Of a stretch of DNA of 64,000 nucleotides, positions 46,625-55,598 are shown one piece after another. The DNA is taken from assembly GCA_963812015.1 (NCBI GenBank), contig CAWETI010000003.1:1920001-1984000 (forward strand), written 5' to 3'. The first letter of the stretch is position 1; every line of letters starts with the position of its first letter. The DNA is from an uncultured delta proteobacterium. Its GTDB lineage: Bacteria; Desulfobacterota; Desulfobaccia; Desulfobaccales; 0-14-0-80-60-11. The notes under the pieces were generated by a model, which made no database searches, was not told where the DNA came from, and saw only the letters and a program-made list of their open reading frames with translations. A program made the position numbers and the translations under genes.

Positions 46625-49090
46625 TTAATCAGGAACTGCCGCACTGCAATCCATGTCATACTCGGCCCGGGTAATGATCTCCTCCTGCATCTTGGGACTC
46701 AGGTCTCTAAAGTACGCCGAGTAGCCCGAGACCCGGATGAACAGGTCCGGGTAATCATCCGGATTATTTTGGGCATTTTTCAAAGTCTCGAGGTCGACGA
46801 TGTTAGACTGCACCTGCAAGCCCCCCATCTTGAAGTAGGCCTCGATGCACGGGGCAAACTTGGCCACCGCGGCGGTGGCCGGGCTATATTTCAAATTGAG
46901 GGCCTGGCCGTTGGTGATGCAGGTGTGATCCAGATTGGCCACGAAGTGCAGGGCCTCGTTGAGGTCGGGGGCGGCGCCGGAGACCGGCGTGATGCCACTG
47001 GGAAAAGCTTCATAGTCGTGGCGGCCGCTGGGCAAAGCCCGGGAAATGGCGCCGAAGCCGGCGTGCGTGGTCATCGTCCAGTAACCCACGGTGTAGTTGC
47101 CACCCCGGTAATTTTGCTGCCCCTGCAACGTGTCATGCAAAAATTTCATCAGCCAATCGGCGTTCTTTTTGGCCAGCGGGCCATCGGTGCCAAACTTATC
47201 CAGCGATTTGCTCACCATTTTCTGCAGTGGTTCATAACCTTCCCAATTGTGGTTGATGGCCTCGAGCATCTCCGGAAAGGAAACGACGCCTCTCTGAAAG
47301 ACGAATTCTTCGATGGCCGCCAGGGAGTCCACCACTTCGGCGAGGCCGATCATCGCGACTCCGGAGGAATTATAGACCGCCCCTCCCTGGATCACATCCT
47401 GACCTTTTGCCATACAGTCCTCCATCAGGGCGGACATCATGGGAAAAGGGTGATTGTCCTGATAGATGCGGCCGAAGTTGTTGTTCAGGGTGACCGCCTG
47501 GTCGATGAGCCATCCGAGCTGGGCCTTGAAAGCCTCCTGGAAGTCGGCAAAAGAGCCCATGGTCTGGGGGTCTTGGGTGATGACGGCGCTGATTTGCTCG
47601 TCTTCCGTCAGGCGGTGTTTCCCCTGGAACAGGGCCAGTTCCAGGGCTGCCGGGAGGTTCATCAGGATCGCGCCCGTATGCCCGAAGGTGCGACCGGCGC
47701 TCGAAGGTTCCACACAGCCTACCGCGCCGTAATCCCGGGCGTGCGCCAGGGAAACCCCCTGGCCCTGGAGGGCTTCGATGACGGATTTATCGTTGTGGAA
47801 GCACGGTGTGGCGTTTGTCTTGATATTGACGTCGCACAGCCTCCCAAGGTATTTTTGTGAATTTATTCCGGGGTAATAGCGGGCATTCACGTTGGGGTCC
47901 CGCAACTTCAAGAGCTCGGTGGCCTTGAGCATGACATATGTAAGGTCGTTGACCGCATCCATTCCATCCATATCGACCCCGCCCAGGGTCACGGCCTGGT
48001 TGCAGCCGCTGCCGCCGAACAGGGTTTCGCTGGCTTCCGGAGCTAGGGGCACATGATCGCAAATGTTCAGCCAGAGGCAGCCCACCAGTTCCACGGCCTC
48101 CTTCAGGAAGGCTTGCTCTCCCGCCGCGCCCCCATTTTCCCGGCTGCGCTCCAGGTCCTGGCGGAAGGCGGGATAAAGCACCTGATCCAGCCGACCGGGG
48201 CTCAAGGCGATGTTAGCGCTTTCCTGATGCAAGGCCACCTTATAAAGCCAGACGGCATTGACCGCTTCCTGGAAGCTGGTGGGTGGCTGCGCCGGCACCC
48301 GTTGGCACACCTGGCTCATTGTGAGCAATTCTTGTTTGCGAACCGGGTCAGCTTCCCCCTGGGCCAAATCAGCGGCATAACGGCTGAGATTGGCGGCATA
48401 GGTTAAAATCCCCTGGAGAGACCGTTGCACCGCCTGGTAAAAAGCCCTTTTCTCCTGGTCGCCCCCGGAATTTCCCAGGGATAATTCCTTGTCCCTGGCC
48501 TCGTCCATCACCGCCTGGAGGCCCCGGTTTACCAACTCGGCATAATTCGGGATGGTGTGGCCGATACAATTGGCTTTGGTCACCAGGAAAAAGACGATGC
48601 GCTCCATGACTTGTTGGCACCGGGGGTTGTGGTATTGCTTCCGGGCCAATTCCTGGACGGTGCGGTCCAGCCAATAAGGGGCTATTTCCAAATTAAGCTC
48701 CTTAATCTCCTCAGGGGCAATGTCGAAGCGATTTTTTTTCCGCCGGGCGATGGTCTCCAATTCAGGCCAGATGCTCAACGCCGCCATATCAGGATAGAGG
48801 GGAACGCCTTTCGGTTTGCTGGTGGTGGTGCCTGCCAGGAGGTTGTCATTGTGGATATGCGGCTCTTTATGCGACAGGAGGTCTTCATACATTTTACCGG
48901 CCCGAAGCTCCGTCGGGTCTGGCGGGTCCATGGAGTCATCTAATTGTTTCAGGTATTGGGTCATCAACCGGGGAATTTCCAGGCAGATCTCCGGGGTGGT
49001 GTCAAAATGAAGTTGCCTCAGTTTCTGGAGGCGAGGCAGACTTTCCAGAGTAACCGCATCAAGGCTTAAATCTGTGATCGTGACACCCAT
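46625..49090 (-). CDS. Glycyl-radical enzyme (PFL superfamily, not canonical PFL)
   Basis: PGRLDQVLYP, AVNDLTY, single-Cys GCVEP, C-terminal FIRVSGY glycyl loop; GGGAGGGA SD before ATG 49090. Confidence 0.94.
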   Translation of the reverse strand: MGVTITDLSLDAVTLESLPRLQKLRQLHFDTTPEICLEIPRLMTQYLKQLDDSMDPPDPTELRAGKMYEDLLSHKEPHIHNDNLLAGTTTSKPKGVPLYPDMAALSIWPELETIARRKKNRFDIAPEEIKELNLEIAPYWLDRTVQELARKQYHNPRCQQVMERIVFFLVTKANCIGHTIPNYAELVNRGLQAVMDEARDKELSLGNSGGDQEKRAFYQAVQRSLQGILTYAANLSRYAADLAQGEADPVRKQELLTMSQVCQRVPAQPPTSFQEAVNAVWLYKVALHQESANIALSPGRLDQVLYPAFRQDLERSRENGGAAGEQAFLKEAVELVGCLWLNICDHVPLAPEASETLFGGSGCNQAVTLGGVDMDGMDAVNDLTYVMLKATELLKLRDPNVNARYYPGINSQKYLGRLCDVNIKTNATPCFHNDKSVIEALQGQGVSLAHARDYGAVGCVEPSSAGRTFGHTGAILMNLPAALELALFQGKHRLTEDEQISAVITQDPQTMGSFADFQEAFKAQLGWLIDQAVTLNNNFGRIYQDNHPFPMMSALMEDCMAKGQDVIQGGAVYNSSGVAMIGLAEVVDSLAAIEEFVFQRGVVSFPEMLEAINHNWEGYEPLQKMVSKSLDKFGTDGPLAKKNADWLMKFLHDTLQGQQNYRGGNYTVGYWTMTTHAGFGAISRALPSGRHDYEAFPSGITPVSGAAPDLNEALHFVANLDHTCITNGQALNLKYSPATAAVAKFAPCIEAYFKMGGLQVQSNIVDLETLKNAQNNPDDYPDLFIRVSGYSAYFRDLSPKMQEEIITRAEYDMDCSAAVPD

Positions 49091-49124
49091 ATTCCCTCCC
49101 TTCATGCCGTCATGGCACGGCTTT

Positions 49125-49354
49125 GGGTTGGAGGTTAACCGCAAGCGTCTTCAGCCCCGGAACTGCAGTCGGGGACCACCTAAAATTTGGCCTTCCTCCC
49201 GCCAGCCGGTGAGCTGCTACCCGGCGGGAGGCATACTCCCACAAGGCTGGAAGTCCTTGCCTGGGAGAGTCCGCCCCGCCTTTACGACATATACGTCCTG
49301 GGCAATATACTACCCCGGGAGGCCGATTTCTTAATCCCCCTTAACCTCCAGCCC
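49125..49354. ncRNA. Candidate multibranched structured RNA or DNA element
   Basis: A 14-bp terminal stem encloses four hairpins and an inner stem (see findings). I do not recognise a known family. Confidence 0.45.
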
Positions 49355-49688
49355 CAACCTTAACGAGGCCAGCCTTAACGCTTATTTGATAATTTCCCTA
49401 AGAATGACAATAATCCCAAGATGAATCGAGTGTGCTTCACGTTCTCGGGTTTGCCCAGGGTCCATGATCGACGAGAGGGACTGATTCCTTATGAGAAAAA
49501 CGCCGCCACCTTTGCCGGCCGTTCTTTATGCGGTGAATATATGCTAATAATTTTACCCCTTATTTATTATGTATTGTAAAAAATAATAAGTCAACTTAAA
49601 ATGGACCAAGTCAGGTCACGGCAGGTCTTGGCAAAAAATTTTTCTCTGGAGTGCTCAAGGATGCGCCTTAAAGAGGAGGGATTCGCCC

Positions 49689-51449
49689 ATGACTGTCGGC
49701 AAGCTGCAGCGTTACCTGGATGAGCTCTTGGCCCAGGACCGGAAGTTCGACGCCGAGGTGGTGGCCACTTTCGAGGAGAAAGCCGGCGACTGGTTTGGGG
49801 TCTCCGAGGCTGAGTGGAAGTTCCTGGCGGAGAAGGTCCTGGGGGAGCAGGGCCAGCGCTTCGTCGACGACGCCACCCGCCGGGAATTGGGCCGCTTCCT
49901 GGTGCAAAAGGTTAAGTCCGGAAGTTCCCCCTGGGAGCCTTTCCTCAAGCTTCTGGACTCCATTCCCGGGCTCGCCAATCTCCTGATCGAAGCAAATCTG
50001 GGGCAGTGGTGGCAGATATTCAAAGACGGTAAAGCCCCTCCCGAGGTCATCCAGAAAGTGCGGCAGGAAGCAAGCCAGATCAACTTCCGCGGCACGGTGA
50101 GCCTCGCCAAGATCGATCCCCGCAGTGAGGCGGTCGCCGAGATCGAGGCGGCCATCAGCCAGACCGTCGCGGCTATCGACGGGTTTGATTTTCTGTCCCG
50201 GCCTCCCCAGGGCAAGGCCGCCAACGAGCACACCATCCTCATCAAGGTGGGGGTGAACTGGGGCCAATTTCTCTATCCCACCGTCACCAGCCGGGAGAGC
50301 GTCTATGCCCTCACCAGGCTGTGCTTTCAGGAGGCGGCGCACCGGGGCGCAGCCGTTGAGGTCATCGTCGGGGATGAAAGCGGCATCGAAATCGTGCTCT
50401 GGGGCGGCACCACCATAGCCAACTTCGCGCACACCGGCATCCTCCAGGCCGCGGTCCAGGCCGGCCTGGAGCGCGCCGCCGCACTGGAGGCCGCAGACCC
50501 GGAGAAATTCGCCGGAGCCCGCACGTTGCTGGAGTCGCTCCAGGCAGGATGTCCGGTCAGCCACGACCCCGAGGACGGCGACTCCGTCAAGATGATCGAG
50601 ATGGCTCGCCTGGCGGGGGTTCAGGTTGTGGCCTTCGACCAGGTGGAGCGCCAACAGGTCTCCCTCCCCGGCGCCAGACATTTCACCGAGGGCATCCTGG
50701 TTCCCCGGATCGTCACTGAAGAAATCACCGACATCATCAACCTTCCCAAACCCCCGGGTCGCCACATGATTATGGGCAATTGCGGACTGTCGGGGGCCTT
50801 GAAGAATCACGTCGGGTTGCTTGCCGGCCCGAATCGCTCCCCGGGGCTCCATGGACCATACGATCGCTATCCGCCCCCGGGGGAGGGCCAAACCCAGGAA
50901 GCCTACCTAGAAAGCTTAACGGCCCAGCGGCAGGCCCTTATCACGGACCCGAGCGGCCAGGTGGCCCGCCAGTTCGCCATGAACCTCATGTTCAACTGGG
51001 AGAATTTTGCCCCCGCCCTGCCCTTCCATGAAAAAATTGCCGAGCTTTACCTCGCCTTTGCGGGTAAGGAACGGTTCAGTGTCGCCGATATGCGCCGGAC
51101 CGTCAGCTCCATCGGGCCGGACCTGGGAGACACCATCGATATCGGGGCCGTCCTGGCCGCCAAAGATCCCCTGACCCTGGATGTCCTGGCCGGGGCCTTA
51201 CTGAAGCGAGCCTACGGAAAGATCGGCAATGCCTTCGATGCCCTGAAGCCAGGCGGCGATACCCTGCTGGAGTACCTGGTCGGCAAGACCTGGCTGGCCA
51301 CCGGGACCCCCTTCGATCTTATGGGCCACATCGCAGCCAACTCCTATGGCGTCGGACCCATGGACTTCGCCCACATTGATTTTAAAGGGCTTGAGAACTC
51401 GGGTTTCAGCCCGGCGGAGATCGACGACATCACCTCACACTTGAGGTGA
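49689..51449 (+). CDS. Atypical DUF362-like protein with long N-terminal extension
   Basis: ILIKVGVN, VIVGDESG, IINLPK..GRH, LSGALKNHVG, AAKDPLTLD; GAGGAGG SD. Confidence 0.75.
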   Translation: MTVGKLQRYLDELLAQDRKFDAEVVATFEEKAGDWFGVSEAEWKFLAEKVLGEQGQRFVDDATRRELGRFLVQKVKSGSSPWEPFLKLLDSIPGLANLLIEANLGQWWQIFKDGKAPPEVIQKVRQEASQINFRGTVSLAKIDPRSEAVAEIEAAISQTVAAIDGFDFLSRPPQGKAANEHTILIKVGVNWGQFLYPTVTSRESVYALTRLCFQEAAHRGAAVEVIVGDESGIEIVLWGGTTIANFAHTGILQAAVQAGLERAAALEAADPEKFAGARTLLESLQAGCPVSHDPEDGDSVKMIEMARLAGVQVVAFDQVERQQVSLPGARHFTEGILVPRIVTEEITDIINLPKPPGRHMIMGNCGLSGALKNHVGLLAGPNRSPGLHGPYDRYPPPGEGQTQEAYLESLTAQRQALITDPSGQVARQFAMNLMFNWENFAPALPFHEKIAELYLAFAGKERFSVADMRRTVSSIGPDLGDTIDIGAVLAAKDPLTLDVLAGALLKRAYGKIGNAFDALKPGGDTLLEYLVGKTWLATGTPFDLMGHIAANSYGVGPMDFAHIDFKGLENSGFSPAEIDDITSHLR

Positions 51450-51508
51450 GGCCGAGGGGCCATCAAGGGGCAATTTTGGGAGGGGGGTGCCCCAGGTCGG
51501 GTTGGGAC

Positions 51509-52654
51509 TTATCGCCGCGACGCCCTGAAAGCCTCCCAGCGCGCCTGCACAAACCGACTGAACTCCCCCTCGAAGCGCTCGCGGCTGAAACGGACGGCGT
51601 TGGCCCGGCAGGCAGCCGGGTCGATGTCTGCCCGGAGGCGTTCGAAATGGGCCAGGGCCGCGGCCAGGGACCGGCTTGACTGCTCCGGGAAAAACACCCC
51701 GGTGGTGTCGGGGGCCGCGCGCTCACCCGGCCAGACCCCCCGGACCGTTTCCCGGGCCCCGCCCCGGCCATAGGCGATGACCGGCGTGCCGCACGCCTGG
51801 GCCTCCACCAGGGCAATGCCGAAATCCTCCTCCGCCGCAAAGATAAATCCCCGGGCCCGCTGCATCAGATCCTCCACCACGGTATCCGGCTGATAGCCCA
51901 GCACCTCGATGCCGGGGTTGGCCTTGGCCTTGATCTTTTTGAGTTCCGGGCCGTCTCCCACCACCACCAGTTTCCGGCCCAGTCGGGCGCAGGTCTCCAC
52001 AATGAGATCAACTCGCTTATAGGACTCCAGGCGGGTGACGGTGAGATAGAAATCCTCTTTGGCCGTCTTCGGCGTGAACCGCTCCACCTCTATGGGAGGA
52101 TGGATCACCGTGCTGCGGCGGCGATAGAGGTGCCAGAGGCGGCGGGCGATGTGGCGGGAACTGGTGATGAAATGGTCCACCCGGGGCGTATTGGCCACAT
52201 CCCAGAGGCGCAGATAGTGCAGGACTAGGCGGGCCGCCAGGGACCTGAGGCCGCGGTCCAGGCCAGCCGCGGCCAGGTACTGATGGGTCAGGTCCCAGGC
52301 ATAGCGGGCGGGCGTATAGCAGTAACAGATGTGCAGCTGCTGCCCGTGGGTCAGCACGCCTTTGGCCACCGCCGACGACGACGAGATCACCAGGTCGGCG
52401 GCGGACAGATCAAAGCTTTCCACGGCCAGGGGCATCAGGGGCAGATAATAACGGCGAAACGCCCGGGCCCCCGGCAGTTTTTGGAGAAAAGACGGCCGTA
52501 CCGGCAGGCCCTGCAAAAAGGCGCGTTTTTCCGGGGGCAGAAAGTCCACCGTGGTGTAGATGGCCGCCACCGGCAGACAATGCAGAATGGCCTCCATCAC
52601 CTTTTCGGAACCCATGTAGGTATACAACCAATCGTGCACCAGGACCGTGTGCAT
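51509..52654 (-). CDS. GT4 glycosyltransferase
   Basis: VHDWL..YMGSE, YCYTPARYAW, YKRVDL, EDFGIALVEAQACGTPVIA. Confidence 0.93.
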   Translation of the reverse strand: MHTVLVHDWLYTYMGSEKVMEAILHCLPVAAIYTTVDFLPPEKRAFLQGLPVRPSFLQKLPGARAFRRYYLPLMPLAVESFDLSAADLVISSSSAVAKGVLTHGQQLHICYCYTPARYAWDLTHQYLAAAGLDRGLRSLAARLVLHYLRLWDVANTPRVDHFITSSRHIARRLWHLYRRRSTVIHPPIEVERFTPKTAKEDFYLTVTRLESYKRVDLIVETCARLGRKLVVVGDGPELKKIKAKANPGIEVLGYQPDTVVEDLMQRARGFIFAAEEDFGIALVEAQACGTPVIAYGRGGARETVRGVWPGERAAPDTTGVFFPEQSSRSLAAALAHFERLRADIDPAACRANAVRFSRERFEGEFSRFVQARWEAFRASRR

Positions 52655-52716
52655 GGCAAGACCCTTCCCTCGTGTGTTGAAGTTTCCGTGAGCCGGGCCC
52701 CGGGCCCGACCCAACC

Positions 52717-53817
52717 TTAGCGCCCCAGGACCTCCTGAAAAACCCGGAGGAGCTGTCGGGCCGCGTTCTCCCAGGAGAACCGGGCGACGCGTTCCCGGCC
52801 CCGGCGCCGCAAATCATCCCGAAGCGCTTCATCGGTTAACAGCCAGGTGAGCTGCGCCTGCATATCCTCCCGGCTATAGGGGTCGCAGAAGAGCGCCGCG
52901 TCGCCCAACACCTCGGTGAGAGCGCCAGCCCGGGAGGCAAGAACGGGCGTGCCCGCGGCCAGGGCCTCCAGGGGGGGCAGCCCAAAACCCTCGTAGAGCG
53001 AGGGATAAACCAGGGCCTCGGCGTGGGCATACAAGGCCGCGAGGTGCGTATCGCTGACGTAATCGAGCCACACCACCGACGGACAGGTATTCCCCGGGGA
53101 AAGCCGGCCCCGTCGGCCCACCACGACCAACCGCCGCCCCTGTTTGACGCCCGCCGGCAAACCGGCCCACATCGTGAGCAGCCGGGTCAGATTTTTTCGG
53201 GGATCGCCGGGGCCCAAGGCCAGGACAAAAGGCTGCCCCGCCGCCAGCCCCAATTCCTGGAGCACATCCGGCTCGGGGTCCGAAAAGGCGGTGAGGCCGT
53301 TGGGGATCACGACGATATCCTGCTCCCGGGTGACGACCCGGTACTTCAGGAGTTCGGACCGGGAGAAGTGGCTGACAGTGACGATCTTGCGGGCCCGACG
53401 ACCGAGACGGGGGAGCAGCAGCCGGTAGAAGGTACGGAACGCGGGGGTGAACCAGGCCGGTTGGGCGAAGACTGCGGCGTCGGCTATCGTGACCACCTGG
53501 GGCAGACCTCCGGTTACCAGGGGCGCGGTGTTGGCGGGAGACCACAATAATGCCGCCCCGGCTTGCCTGGCCAGCCAGGGAAGCCGAGTGAGCTCCCAGA
53601 GGTAACCGGACAGCGGGACGGCATCTCGCCAGACGCCGGGCAGCCCCCCGGCGGAGGCAGTATGGGGGGCGACAATCAGCCAGCGGTAAGGGGAGTCAAG
53701 ATCCAGCAGGGCCTGGACCATTTCCCGGCTATAACGCTGTACCCCTGTGGCGACATGGGCGGCCAGAAATCTGCCATTGATCACGATGAGGAGGGAGGAA
53801 GCCACGGGGCGGGACAT
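52717..53817 (-). CDS. GT4 glycosyltransferase
   Basis: TGVQRY, TVSHFS, PRKN, YPSLYEGFGLPPLEALAAG. Confidence 0.93.
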   Translation of the reverse strand: MSRPVASSLLIVINGRFLAAHVATGVQRYSREMVQALLDLDSPYRWLIVAPHTASAGGLPGVWRDAVPLSGYLWELTRLPWLARQAGAALLWSPANTAPLVTGGLPQVVTIADAAVFAQPAWFTPAFRTFYRLLLPRLGRRARKIVTVSHFSRSELLKYRVVTREQDIVVIPNGLTAFSDPEPDVLQELGLAAGQPFVLALGPGDPRKNLTRLLTMWAGLPAGVKQGRRLVVVGRRGRLSPGNTCPSVVWLDYVSDTHLAALYAHAEALVYPSLYEGFGLPPLEALAAGTPVLASRAGALTEVLGDAALFCDPYSREDMQAQLTWLLTDEALRDDLRRRGRERVARFSWENAARQLLRVFQEVLGR

Positions 53818-53824
53818 GACGGCC

Positions 53825-55183
53825 TCAGCGGGGGGTGGGGAAGCGCCAGGCGGCGCCGCTGGTGGCCCACCAGACCCCCAGGAGGGCCCCGCCGCCCACC
53901 ACCAGGAGGACCACCAGGCCTCTGGCGAGGAACCGCTGCTTCACCTCCGAGGTCGGAGGAGCCGTTAGGGGGACTCCGGCGGCCAAACCCAGCAGCAGGT
54001 GGAAAAACCAGCTCAGCTGGGGATGAAAGAGCCCGTCCAGGAAGAGGAAATGAATGAGTTCGCCCACCAGCGGCAAGAGCAGAGCCAGAGGGGGGATGAT
54101 CGCACCCCCGCGAGGGGCCAGGGTCCGCCGGACCAGCCGTCCGACGATGACCAGCAGCGCCCCGACATACAGCAGGAGAAACGGAAAGCCTAGGTCCACC
54201 AGAAAGGTGAGGTAATTATTTTCGCTGGTCCGCAACTCCCGGGTCCATTCGGCGAAGTCTGCCTTGGTAAGATACGGATACCTAATCTGATAGGTCTCCA
54301 GATAGGCCTCCCGGGGACTCCACAGGCCAATGCCGAACAGGGGGTGCTGCCGGGCCAGATACCAGGAAAAAGAAAGGTTTTCCACCCGATAAGAAACGGA
54401 ATCGTGGGAGCGATTCTTGAAGTGGGACAGGGACAAAAGTGCGCCACTGGCCACCAGGGCGGTCACAAACAGGGCGAGCAGGACCCCGGCGAACTGCCGC
54501 CGGGGCCAGCGCCGCAGGCAGGCCGCCGCCAGACACATGACCGCCGGCAGCAGCACCGCGGTGCCTTTGTTGGCATAGCGGGCGGCCAGCAGCAGGAGCA
54601 GATAGGCCCCGGCCAGTAGCGCTCCGGCCGCCGCCTGCCACCGCCGGGAGGCACCTAACACCAGGGTCAAGGGGGCAAAGGACAGCAGGATTAGCCGGCC
54701 GGCCACAGGATGGTAATGGGAATCCACCAGATCAGAGATATTGCCATACCAAAAATAGCTGAGAAATCCCAACCCCACCAGAATACTGAAGAGGCCGGCA
54801 CAGAGCCAAACCAGCACGGTTTGCCGGTGCGCCGTAGTCAGCAACAGCCGGCCACCCCAGTAGCCCCCCAATCCGGCGGCTAGGATGGAAAAGGCCCGGG
54901 TGAGGGATATAGCCGGGACGGGGCTCAAGACGCTGCTGATCAGGGCGAGAACCACCAGCCCGGCGCAAAGGAGCATTTCTCGACTATGCCGGCGCAGGGA
55001 GCCGGGGACCCCGATGAGAATCAGGGTGAACGTCACCGCGGCCAGGAGGCTCGAAAAGAGGTTCACCCGCCTGCTGTTCAGGATCACGACATACGGCTGC
55101 AGGAAGGTCACTTGGATGGTGGTGGCCAGGAAGCACGCCCAGGCGATCTGCTCCCGGGAAATAGCTCTGAAAGATCGCGTCAT
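53825..55183 (-). CDS. O-antigen ligase/polymerase-like membrane protein
   Basis: About 11-12 TM helices, SYRVENL, HPLFGIG, ENNYLTFLVDLG. Confidence 0.8.
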   Translation of the reverse strand: MTRSFRAISREQIAWACFLATTIQVTFLQPYVVILNSRRVNLFSSLLAAVTFTLILIGVPGSLRRHSREMLLCAGLVVLALISSVLSPVPAISLTRAFSILAAGLGGYWGGRLLLTTAHRQTVLVWLCAGLFSILVGLGFLSYFWYGNISDLVDSHYHPVAGRLILLSFAPLTLVLGASRRWQAAAGALLAGAYLLLLLAARYANKGTAVLLPAVMCLAAACLRRWPRRQFAGVLLALFVTALVASGALLSLSHFKNRSHDSVSYRVENLSFSWYLARQHPLFGIGLWSPREAYLETYQIRYPYLTKADFAEWTRELRTSENNYLTFLVDLGFPFLLLYVGALLVIVGRLVRRTLAPRGGAIIPPLALLLPLVGELIHFLFLDGLFHPQLSWFFHLLLGLAAGVPLTAPPTSEVKQRFLARGLVVLLVVGGGALLGVWWATSGAAWRFPTPR

Positions 55184-55598
55184 AGAATAAATTTCCCACC
55201 GTCCCGGGCTCCCGGGACCGGCTGCGCCCACGGCGTCTGGTTAACCGGAGCCTACGTCGGTGCAGTGCCTGCCATCCTGGGATAATCATCACGGGAGTCT
55301 TCCCCATGATCCGAGACTATCCTGCAGCCTGGGAGCGGCCGGTCCCAAAGCGGCAGTTGAAATCCCTTAAACCCCATCTTCTCAGGGGCAACCCTTCAGG
55401 TGCGAAGCAGGATAGCACAAAATCAACGGTTCACCAAATTTCGGGCCCACCCACCATTCGACTTCCGGCTCGTCAGGCTCCAGGACGACCCTCGGCGGCC
55501 CCTGGCGGCCCGGCAGCCAGACAATGAGCGGCCAAGCGGACCGGCCCCAGGCCGGCCAGCCTCGCCGTTTTTATAACCTTGGAGAATTATTGGACATA

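Noticed and set aside
46625..49090. Calling the GRE pflB or cutC
   Set aside because: It lacks the PFL Cys-Cys pair, and the pocket segments and gene context do not fit CutC.
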